This document shows positions 40,826 to 51,478 of a DNA stretch of 64,000 bases, in pieces (the first letter of the stretch is position 1; each line of letters starts with the position of its first letter). The translations under genes and the position numbers were made by a program. The notes below the pieces were generated by a model. The model was given only the letters and a program-made list of their open reading frames with translations, did not search any database and was not told the DNA's origin. This DNA comes from Lama guanicoe (lineage: Eukaryota): assembly GCA_013239625.1 (NCBI GenBank), contig MU054187.1, positions 23,996,433-24,060,432 on the forward strand, written 5' to 3'.

Positions 40826-41036
40826 GGGGACCCCTGGCGCCTCGGCCGCCACCTCCGGGCGCTCCTCCGGGCCCGCCGCCGCCGCTCTGCTCGCCCGCCT
40901 CGGCCCGGCCTCCGCACCGCCCCCGCCCCCAAACGCCCCGCTCCACCCAGCGCCTCGGCCCGGCGCCTGCCGCCGCTCCCGCCTCTACCTCCGCCCGCGG
41001 GCCGCCGCCCCGCCCCGCGGCGCCGCCCTCCGCACC
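40760..41036. promoter_or_regulatory. Small CpG island carried in by the retrocopy 5' end
   Basis: Almost entirely G/C with dense CpGs in otherwise AT-rich DNA. GC boxes CCCCGCCCC at 40921-40929 and 41008-41016. Activity is not demonstrable from sequence. Confidence 0.6.
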
Positions 41037-41599
41037 CTTCAATTTCATTTTAAACAACTCCCCAAATATTCCTTTTCTCAAGCAAAAATGTAAATTTAAT
41101 GTTTGAAATTTAATATCCTCTTCCGTGCTCTTTTATTTCCTATTTACGCTTTATCCTCTTCTTGGGCTGTTGACTGAATGTCACCAATATTTATCTGGAA
41201 AATTCAGAAATTCTCAAATATGACTTACGTCTTACACACAAGGTTATCAATAAAGTTATACACACAAAGAACAATGTGTGGCAGTAACTCCTAAAACAAG
41301 AAATACTAGTGAAGCTGAGTTGGATCATTAATTTAAGCTCAACACCCAAGCAGATTGTCTCCTTATCTGAAAGTCCCAGGCTTACCACTAACTGACCACC
41401 TATGGATGAGAGCACCAGGTTGCACAAAAGAGGGAGAGAGAAGGAGGGAGGGAGGGAAGAGAGGAAGAATGTTAAGTTCTATGTATTCACCCTACTCTCC
41501 TGAAAAACGCAGTCCAACAAGTGAGTATCCTGGAAGAAATAAATCCACTCAGCATCTCTTTCTTGACGGAAAGTATATGGGGGGTGGAGGGGTAGTTAG

Positions 41600-42710
41600 G
41601 ACATTAGTGAGGAATAAACATTTGAAGAAATAGTGGCCAAAAATGTCTAAACTCAATGAGAAATGTAGGTCCATGGATACAAGAAACTCAACAAATCCCA
41701 AGCCCAAGAATCTTGAAGAAAATCTCATCAGAGAATATCATAATTTAATTGTTTAAAACCAGGAATAAAGGGAAATTTTTTAACATCAGTCCCAAGAGAA
41801 AAGATACATTGCCTACAAGAGAACAAACAGAAGATGTCCGCAGATTTGGTTAGAAACAGTGCAAGCAAGAATACACCAGAGCAACATTATTGAACCACTT
41901 AAATAGATTCTGGCCTAGAATTCTACACTCATATCTTTCAAAAACAAAGGTAAAAATAAAAATATGTTCCAAAATACAGAAGCTGAAAGAATTCACTACC
42001 AGCAGACTAGCACTACAGAAAATGTTACAGAAACTACTTCTGGCAGAGCCAAAATGATGCTAAATGGAACTACAGATGTATCTAAAGAAATAAAGAGCAC
42101 AAAAAAATGGCAAAGATGTGGTTTAACTTATATAATTCTGTTCTTATTATTCAAAATTTTCAAAAAGATACCTTTTAAACAAAATAATATCAATGCTTTG
42201 GTGCAATATTTTATATATATATATACCCCACAATAATAGCATAAAGGCTGGGAAGGAAGAAATAGAAGTATACTGTTGTAATTTTCTTACACTATACATG
42301 AAGTTACATAATATCTCTGAGATTTAAAGATACATACTGTAAACCAGTATCAACCACAATAATAACAAAAGTACATTATAACGAGGAAGCCAAAAAAAGA
42401 AGATAAAGTAGAAACATAAAAGGTACTCGATTAATCCAAAATAAGACAGACAAAAAACAAGTACATAATGTATGGTTTCACTTAAATAACATTGTAGAAA
42501 ATGCAAAGTAACGTGTACTAACAGGAAGCAGATCCTGGGGCGGGGGGAATGGAAAGGCAAGTAGAGATTATAAAGGGATATGAGAGAATGGTGTAGGGGG
42601 AGATACTGATCTTTATGATGGTTTCTCTGGTATGTAAGTATGTCAAGACCTATGAAATTATACACCTGGATTTTGTTCAGTTTATTGTATGTTAATTCTC
42701 CAATAATGCT
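41600..42710 (+). mobile_element. Old L1M fragments (ORF1 ~41600-42100, inter-ORF, 3' end ~42450-42710)
   Basis: ORF1 motifs (TTTGAAGAAATAGTGGCCAAAAA, CCTAGAATTCTACAC, AGCTGAAAGAATTCACTACCAGCAGAC) and an L1M 3'-end motif (TTCAGTTTATTGTATGTTAATT...CAATAA). Confidence 0.62.
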
Positions 42711-42884
42711 AGAAATACATTTCTAAAATAATCAATAAATATCCCCCAAAAAACTGTAGAGCAGGGCAGCTGCATGGACAAGAAACATATTGATGGTATT
42801 CAGGAAAACACAGAAAATAAATGTCAGTTTAGGTTGACTCAAATGGATTAATAATGGCAGGAATAAAATAAAGATAAGATGAGG

Positions 42885-43196
42885 TAGTGCTGTCCAATAA
42901 GGTAGCCACTAGGTATGTGTGGTTATTGAGCACTTGAAGTGCAGCCTGCCCAAACTGAGATGTGCCACAATTATAAAACACATGATGAATCTCCACCTTC
43001 CAAATTTTTTAAATAAAATACATTATTAATATTTTTATATTAAGAATTAAAATTGCATTTTAGATGTATTGAGTTAAGTAAGATATATTATTCAAATTAT
43101 CCACCTATTTTTTATATTTTTTAGTATAGTTACTGAAACATTTAAAATTTTATGATTGTAAGTGTGGTTTGCATTTTATTTATATAAGACAGTGTT
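42885..43196. mobile_element. MER33-like hAT-Charlie DNA transposon
   Basis: GTGCTGTCCAATAAGGTAGCCACTAG...GTTATTGAGCACTTGAAG...AACTGAGATGTGC, with the far end GACAGTG; ~310 bp. Confidence 0.75.
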
Positions 43197-43244
43197 ATTA
43201 TGGGGAGAATATCTATAAAGAGCTAGATCAATTATCTAAGTAGA

Positions 43245-43403
43245 GGGCAGGGTATAGCTCAGTGGGAAAGTGCGTGCTTAGCATGCATGAAGGCCTGGGT
43301 TCAATCCCCACTACTTCCATTAAAAAAATAACAACAGTAAGTAAATAAACCTAATTACCCCCTCCAAAAATTAAAAATTTAAAAAATAAGTAAGTTAATT
43401 AAA
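43245..43403 (+). mobile_element. tRNA-Ala-derived SINE (camelid vic-1 type)
   Basis: A box TAGCTCAGTGG 43255-43265, anticodon-like AGC 43280-43282, B box GGTTCAATCCC 43298-43308, then an A-rich tail with AAACCTAATTACCCCC. Imperfect TSD AATTATCTAAGTAGA (43230-43244) / AATTACCTAAATAAA (43404-43418). Confidence 0.88.
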
Positions 43404-44509
43404 AATTACCTAAATAAAATACAGTCGCAGCAAAGTTCACCAAAACTAATAATATTTAAGCTACTCAGAGAGTCATTTGGGACTATACAGGCTAATATTT
43501 TAGCATTCCAGCATTTTCCTTATAGCATCGTTTATTAAATGAAAGAGGAAAACTTAATTACTTTCTTTCTGTGTTGTAATAAAATATGAAACTCTTACTA
43601 GATACTAATTCTCTCTAATTTTCAGATACTCCATAATAAAATTAATAGTATTATAATGAAAACTAACTAGATTGAATTGCTATTTATCAGAGATTAAAAG
43701 GTACATAAGAAATTTGCCCTGATTTCAAGTTTACAAGTAGATATGGAAATTAAACTCTGCTGTCCCCATTCTTAGTCATCATGTTGATTCTTGGGTTAAG
43801 CCCAGATATTTTAGATATTATTATCATATCTGTATTCCTGAAATAACGTCACCAGACACTCCACCATTACTACCTATTGTGACCATTTAAATCATTAGCA
43901 GTTAGCCACATAGGAGACCGAAGTTACTAGACAGCCCTGATAACCTCAGAGCTCTTCCTGAGCAAAGCCAACTCATTCTTTTACATTGGTTCCTGTCCCA
44001 GACAGCAAACTTGAACTTTATATTCATGCTTCACCGAAATAGCTTAGAAGAACTTTCTCTGTTGGTGTTAGATAGGAAAGCCTCTGCCCTCAGCAGGAAC
44101 CCATCTCTCAGATGAGTGGTGTGTGCTTCAGTACATGTAACAGGAAAGAACACCAGCTGCCAAGAGATGAACGGTACTTTACACAAAGCATAGCTGCGAA
44201 CTGACTTCAACTGCAAGTTGTGAATTCAGGACCACAGATTGCCAAAAATAACTGATCACACTGTTTTGCTATATGAGTATTTATAGAGTTGATTGACAAA
44301 CTTATAAAATTAATCTTAATGTTCCTTAAGGCAATTTGCTTCAGTGGAAGATGTGACGTTCACTTTGATTTATTAGTAGCCTGCAGAGTTTTGATTCATC
44401 AGCTATATGTTTATATTCCTAAAAAAATTTTAAACAAATTTCCACTTTTTTATGTAAACATTTAAGGAGATTTTGCTTTAAACTGCCCTTTGATTAAATT
44501 GCTATCTAA

Positions 44510-44620
44510 AATTAGTCAGGATAGGAAAGGCTACGTAGCAGTAACAATCAACCCAGACATTTCAGTGGTTTCACACAGTAAAGGTTTGTCACTCATGCTA
44601 GAAGTCCACACAAGTCAAAA
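44510..44620 (-). mobile_element. MaLR (MLT1-type) LTR fragment
   Basis: ATTAGTCAGGATAGG...GCAGTAACAATCAACCC...TCAGTGGTTT matches the reverse end of old MLT1 LTRs. Confidence 0.5.
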
Positions 44621-44839
44621 AGCAATTTCACATCAGCTTCTTATATTGACATCACTCTACTGAAAAAAGAAAAAAAGCAAACAGACAAACTGAAACACTA
44701 CTACAGATCTGAGTACATCCGAGCTTTACCAGATGCAGGAAAGAGGGATGATGGGAGAATTAAGTTTTTGCAAAAACTTCCAAATCTCTAGCATTAGCAA
44801 CAGGGTTGTTGGTGATGATTTTAAGTAAAAACAAGCTTA

Positions 44840-45700
44840 AAGGTCTAGATTACCCAAATTAAATCATAAGCATACTAGAAGAAAAGATAAGTGAATCATT
44901 TGATAATTTTGTAAAGAAAAAAAAATTGTTTGAAATAGAGATATGAGGTACAAACTATAAATGATAGATTAACAGATTTGACCTTCAAAAATTTTGAAGA
45001 CATTTTGACAGAGACACTTATAAAATCAAGATAAAATGAAACCTGGCAGAAAGTATTATCTAAAAATGTGATAAAAACATATCCTCACCAAATAAAGACT
45101 TTTACAAATCTATAAGAAAAATAAACTATAAACAAGTTTCTAACATCCAAAACATCTGAATATATTATACAAAAAATTTTCAACCTCATCCTAATCAAAC
45201 ATAAGTTAAAATGTTTGGAATATCAAATTGACAAATATTAAAGGATAATATGTAGTACCATTTCCATTAACAATATATGAAAACAATCATTCTTACACTG
45301 TTAGTGGATATGTACAATAGAAAAGTCTTTCTTCAAAATAATTTGGTTCTACATACCACAAGCTTTAAATATGCACATACCCTCTGGCTCAGTGATTTTA
45401 CTTCCATATTTACCGGAGAAATGTTTTACTTACTGTAAAAGCAATGATCTGGAACTTAATTAAATGCCCAATAGAAGTGATGGGTTACATAAATATGTGA
45501 ACATGTATGAAATACCATACTGCTATTGAATAATATGAAATTAATAATAATTGACATGCAAAAAGTTTACAATATGTAGTTAGATGCAATAAACTTATAC
45601 ACTTACAAATAGTTTTAATAAATAGCTTATTAATAAATAGTTTTATCTCACTGGCTCCTTTTTATAAAACTCTGCATGTATATTTAATAAAATACAAGAA
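44840..45700 (+). mobile_element. Old L1ME-like ORF2 end / 3' UTR
   Basis: Degenerate motifs TACTAGAAGAAAAGATAAGTGAA, ACACTGTTAGTGGATATGTACAATAG, TAAATGCCCAATAG. Confidence 0.55.
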
Positions 45701-45919
45701 GATCCTACCAGAAATCCCCTTGTAAAAATACAGTATCTTACTCTGTCAGTCAGGATCCACCAGGAAATAAGTGACATGTCCTATTTGAATAACACACATT
45801 AATTTAATTTTAAAAATGTAAAATATAGCTGAGGCAGGAGGAAGAATCCAGGAAACCAGGAATGGCATCACCTGAGCTGTCACTACTACCTACTGTACTG
45901 GTGGGCTGTAAAGAGAGAG

Positions 45920-46440
45920 AATGATAGGCAGCCTCTGAGATGACCCCCGATAATCCTCACTCCCCTGGTATTCATGCCTTATGTAATGAATCCCTTTCCC
46001 CATGAATGTGGACTGCGCTCTGTGACTGACTTTAATGAATGAATACAGCAGAAGTGACAGGCTATCCCTCAAAGGGTAGGTTTGGAGAGGCTGTGGCTTT
46101 CATTTTGGTTTTCTCCTGCTCACTCTCACTCTCACCATGTACCATATTATGGGCAGCCCAGTGGAGAGGCCCACGTGGCACGGTGAGGGGCTGATACTCT
46201 CAGTCCAGCTGCTGGCGAGGAACTGAAGGCTGACAATGACCACAGGAGTGAACTTGGAAGAGGACTTTTCAGCCGCAATAAGTCTTGGTGATCGAAGCCC
46301 TGGCCAACAGATTGGCTGCACCCTCACGAGAGACTCTGAGCCAGAGGCACCCATGTAAACCAATCCTGGATTCCTGAGTCATGTAAATTGTGTTAATGAG
46401 TGTTTACTCTTTGCGAACGCTAACGGGTAACTCATTATGT
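45920..46440 (+). mobile_element. MLT1F-like MaLR solo LTR, apparently inserted in an older LTR remnant (~45740-46680)
   Basis: TAGGCAGCCTCTGAGATGACCCCC...CCTGGTATTCATGCC; GGAGAGGCCCACGTGGC; GAGAGACTCTGAGCCAGAGGCACCCA match the MLT1F consensus (recalled). Confidence 0.78.
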
Positions 46441-48279
46441 GAAGATACTGGCAAAGAGATATTCTGAGCCCATGAAGAAGAGCCATGTCTAGCAGACGAC
46501 CTTGAGAGGAGCAGTGACCAACCATTGAGGGACCACAATCAAGCCCAGACAGGAAGGAAAGCAGAGGAGACAATGTCCTCACCTCACTCTCTCCCTCCAG
46601 CTGATCTAGCTATAGACAGGAAGACGTGGAACAGTAGAAGTTAATCTGGTGAGGCAAACATAGGATGAGGCAAACATAGGATGCAAGGCATGATGATACA
46701 CTGTATCTATTATTATACATTATGTACTGTCCATAAAGAGGTCTGGAAGGATATAGAATACATGTATTTAGGGCATTTATCTCTGGGTAGTGAGATTATG
46801 GTTATATATATTTTGTTTTTTCTCAGTTTTGTAATAAAAAATACAATAAAATTAAATTAATTAAATGAGTTATTAAATGGCACTGCAAAAATGATATGCT
46901 TACCTTGATCAATCATGTTGATATATAATATTATGACTTAAGATTTCCCTTATATCAAGTCAGTTACTTTACTTTCCTGAAGTAAAGTCTTCATTGAAGT
47001 GTTCCTGACTGCTGTCTACTCTGATCTTATCTGACTGTTCTATTTTTCATTTCTAAAAGAACATTGGACTATAGTTTTGCTTTTATTGCTGTCATCATCA
47101 GGTTTTAGCATCAGTGATGTGCCTGGGAGACATCTTATCCTTCCTTCTATTTAGGATCAGATTTGTTTAATAAAAGAAATAGCTATCAGGAATTTGAAGA
47201 CAATTTCTCACATGGTTATACAGTCTTGCATTGGCATTTTTAGTAATTGATCATTTTTCATTTGTCTTTCCCTGAGTTAATTTGTTCAGCTTCTTGATAT
47301 CTTGTTTCAGTTTGATAGTTTTTATTTCTCTAAGAATTACACACTTCGGTAGTTAGAAAGCTGCATTGTTTTTCAAAATAATTGCGAAGTAGATTTGTAT
47401 TGATTGCCATGTTTATTTTTATTTCTAAATGTTTTATTTGGTGTAGTATTCACAGGTTTATTGTGTCAATGGTGAATTAATTATCTTAATGCTTTCCAAA
47501 TAAACAATTAGATTTTGTTTACCAGTTCTGTTTTTCCCCTTATTTTGCAATACAGGCATTTTTGCCTAAATTTCTTTCCAGAATCCAGTAGGCCGAGTTT
47601 ATTTCATTTATCTTAAATTTTATTCTTTTGATAAATAAATATTCTGCTACTTCTAAATATTTCTAAACTCATTTGACTGAAAAATACACAATTTATACTA
47701 CAGATTATTATTTATAAGTTGTAAGAGGTGGAGAAAATGTAATTGCTAGCATTTCTCAGTCTCAGGTTATAATTCATTAGGGCAAGGGGAAAACAACTTA
47801 AAGCATGATGCAAATCTTTTTTATAAAGAAATAAAGTAAAATAAAAAAGATATGAAAATAAAGTACATTACATATGGCAAGAGTAAATGTTATTTCATTA
47901 AATATTTATTTTGGTTGTGTAATATTAGCGTGTTTGTCATGTGAATATATATGTGTGTGTGTATTTGTGTGTACAGAGTGAGAATTTATTTTACTTCATA
48001 AGTAGACATCAAAAAAAACCCCACAAAGTTTGAAAAACACTACTATAGATAACCTGATCCAAATTTTCATTTTAGATATGAGAAATTTGAGATCTAGAAG
48101 GTTATTGTGTTTACCTAGTCACACATGGCAAAGCTGACATGTATCTGTAGAAAAAAGAATTGATCTTCCCTTTAAAAGGCAACATAAAAGAATTACTAAA
48201 CATTTATCTTTTAATTAATATATTAAATTTACCAGGGAAATACCTTACTACTGTGATTTTCATTAAAAATTGTAATTTC

Positions 48280-49060
48280 TCTGAGTGTCTCTTAAATGAT
48301 GCTAAAGGTTAATTTGTTCAAACCACGACACAAAACAAGATCCACACATGGTAGTTAGCTGATATGGCTCTTATGACTCTTAGTAAGTAGATCCCCACCC
48401 CTCTTTTTCCTGGGCACGTTATTTTTCCCATTTACTGAAAAACTAGATCACCTTTCAATCTGAATTATTTCACATTTTGCATTTTGCTGATTGTATCCCA
48501 TAGTGTGATTTAAAAGGTTCGTCTATCCCCTGTATTTTCCATGAACTAGTAATTAAATATAGAGGGTTTGATTATTTGTGGCAAGAATAATTTATAAGGC
48601 ATGCTGTATATTTACATTGTATTTGCATAAATAAGGAGTCATATAATGCATAGTTGTAATTTGTCTACAAAATTAATTGGTGGATTCAGCTATAATTGTT
48701 TCATTCATTATAAAGTGACAGTTCAGCTTTTTACTTAATTATTCAGCAGTCATCAGGATTATTGCTTAGATTCATTATATCCTTGGGGTTTTAAAATTGA
48801 TTTTCTTTCTAGTATTTCTTCTTCATTTTTTTGTTGGAATTTTACAACATAGAGGAATGTTGCGTCATCAACTATTGTCAGCTCTGAGATTTTGTACAAT
48901 ATGCAGGATAAATGTGTAGTTTGTCTATTTACCAATGTTCAGAAAAAATGAGTTGGTTTCATGGCATTCTCCTAAGTGACAGATGAGGGATTTTTTAATA
49001 TCATTATGAATTCATGAATACATTTTAGCATTTCAATCAGCTTTTTGAATAATTATAATC
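48280..49060 (-). mobile_element. L1MC4/5-like 3' UTR fragment
   Basis: AAACAAGATCCACACATGG...GATATGGCTCTT; TTTTGCTGATTGTATCCC; CAGGATAAATG are L1MC-type motifs. Confidence 0.5.
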
Positions 49061-49454
49061 TATTTTGTTGGCATATATTTCTAGCATGTCTTCATTAATT
49101 ATATTGTTATGTTTCTCATTATGTTTCTTTTAATAATAATTTTAAATGACCTTTGACTACAACTCATTTCTGGTGATCACACTAATTAAGATGGAATTTT
49201 CTTGTACTCCTAGGAAGGTGCACATGTATAAGCAATTGGGGTAAGCAAGTATAGCATTTCTAGTGTCATAGTTTGAAGGCTCCTTTTGTTGTTAACAGTC
49301 TACTTCCCTTTTCTTTTTCACTTAATGTGAACTTTTTTCTTCCTTTATCATATTTTCTACACCATGCTAAATTTGCACTCTACTCACATCATCTCATAGT
49401 CAGCTTTGTCAAAAGGAACTTGGGCTGATAACTTTTTAGATGTTTCAGATCAAG

Positions 49455-49725
49455 GCTATATGTCATCATGTATTTGTCAAACCTATAGAATATACAACAT
49501 CAAGAGTGAACCCTAATGTAAACTATGGACTTTGGTTGATAATAATGTGTCCATTTTGGTTCATCAGTTGTACCAAATATACTGCACTGATGAGGGATGT
49601 TGAAGGTAGGGGTGTATATATGTGTGTGAGTGGGAAGGGCTATGTGCGAACTCTGTATTTGCTGCTCAGTTCTGCTGTAAACCTGAAATTGCTCTAAAAA
49701 AATAAAGTCTATAAAAAAAAAAAAA
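49455..49725 (+). mobile_element. L1MC1-like 3' end with poly(A), same family as the 11081-11248 tail
   Basis: AAGAGTGAACCCTAATGTAAACTATGGACTTTGG...GCTCTAAAAAAATAAAGTCTAT plus A13. By manual count 49547-49712 is roughly 85% identical to the reverse complement of 11081-11248. Confidence 0.85.
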
Positions 49726-51431
49726 GAAAGACCCTCTCAGTGCTTTCCAATCTTCTTGCACTCATCCATGACTGTGAGCCTGAGAGGTCCCCTGGCAATT
49801 TTGTTGATGTTGTTTTGGCCTGCTGAATTTCAATTTATGAACAAAGTTTCCTGCTTTGGGGAGTAAGTACTTGTCAATGATGTATGGTTCCCAGGGCCAT
49901 CATAATCCTTTCTTCTGTGTCTTCTTGATTTGAGTCTGACCACACTATTGGCTCCTCCCAGTTAGAGACATTCAGAAGATACTTGCATCTAGTCTTGTTG
50001 AAGATGCTGTTTTGTGGTTTTTGATTTGATACACTATTTATTCTGTCTGTTTCTATGTACTGATTCAAGATGAAAGAATCACACAAGTGTCCCTGCCATG
50101 ATGAAGTTGCTTCTTTCCCCTGATAAAGACTTTTAAGTGTATAAAATTTTCACTGAATTCTATTTTATTTACAAGAAAGCCTGCAATTGTGGATTATAAA
50201 AGCTACATGGAATATTGCTATTGTTATTATTTACATATACCTCTTTAATTTGGAGAATCCTTTCTTAAAACCTGCATTAATATTATAACCACATTATTAA
50301 TAATTACTTGGACAGCAGTATATATTTCCTGGTTTCTTGCTCACCAACAGTTTCTGATTACTTGTTCACAAGTGTTTCTTCTTTATTGGTTTGTATTTTA
50401 AGCCTTTGGGGCTATATCTATGTACTTAATTTTTATGAAACTGTGTACTCCAATAAAAAAAAATGAAACTGTGTAAATGGAATTCTTTCCAAGTATTTTT
50501 TAATGTTTAGAATGTCTTGATTATATTCTGATACTTGGATGATGGCTTGAATGGGTATGCATTTTTAGGCTGAGGTCATTTTCTTTCAAAATTTGAGAGA
50601 CAGTCCATTAGAATTAATGTCATAAGAAGAAATCCACTGTCAAGCCTATTTTTATTCTATAATAGATTTATTGTGTTTACTCTCTGGAATCTTTCTGAAT
50701 TTTTACCTTTTTCATTAGTATTTATAATCTTTATGAGATCACATCAACATATTCACTTATTTTCAAAAATCTATTCGATCTTGGATCTCTCTTGAGTCCT
50801 TCAAATGGAAAAGTTAGTTTTTTCTGTGCAATTCACATAATGCTTTTTATTAGATTATTACTCCCATGCCATATTTTTAAATTTTCTAACTACTAGCAAG
50901 TAACTAGTTATTATGAAAGTTCCTTTTCTTTTTGCCTTTTTCATCATAATTTCTGTTAACTTTGAACAAGGTCAAAGAAGAGTTCATTCATGTTCAGGCT
51001 TGCTGAGTTCTCAGTCATATTTCATATTTTCTCTGTTATTCTGCTATTCAATTATACTTATTATTTGTAATTTTTATAAACATTTTAACTCTGATAATTC
51101 TGTTTAATTATACAACTTCTATTTTAGATAAGCATTTCCCCTTATATTTGTGGAAAAAAAGTATTCCCTTGAATCTCTCTGAGGATACTAATTTGAATTT
51201 TTTAAAGCTTTCATTTTTTTTTCACATGAGCTTTATTTTCTTACTCAGTTTTTTCCTGAGATGCTTTCCTTTCACTGTATTGTATTACCATATGTGTCTG
51301 TTGATTTTGTTTTCTTTTGTGTGTATGTGTGTATGTATTCATGTTTACATATACACTTAAATATAGATATTGGTTTTTCACTTAATGTTGGTATAGAGAG
51401 AGATTTGATAGACTCAATACATAGAGGGAGA

Positions 51432-51478
51432 GATAGATAGATAGATACATACATACATACATACATACATACATACAT
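51432..51478. repeat. Compound microsatellite (GATA)n(CATA)n
   Basis: Directly visible. Confidence 0.95.

Larger units (their letters stand above)
38470..41036 (-). pseudogene. UBTD2: Maximal extent of the UBTD2 retrocopy, including ~210 nt GC-rich 5' UTR and 3' UTR
   Basis: Sharp GC-to-AT boundary at ~41036. The region ~39700-40128 matches my recollection of the UBTD2 3' UTR. The left boundary is inferred only from where the flanking L2 stops; no poly(A) or TSD identified. Confidence 0.55.

Noticed and set aside
40765..41106. Pro/Ala-rich plus-strand ORFs (113 aa, 96 aa)
   Set aside because: These are antisense reads of the GC-rich UBTD2 5' UTR; lack of stops is expected from composition.
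43245..43318. Functional tRNA-Ala(AGC) gene
   Set aside because: Acceptor and D stems are mispaired, there is no oligo-T terminator, and it is followed by a SINE tail and TSD.
46650..46683. Tandem 16-bp duplication TGAGGCAAACATAGGA (similar short duplications at ~14289, ~29650, ~56172)
   Set aside because: Two-copy slippage duplications without spacers; not a CRISPR-like or functional array.
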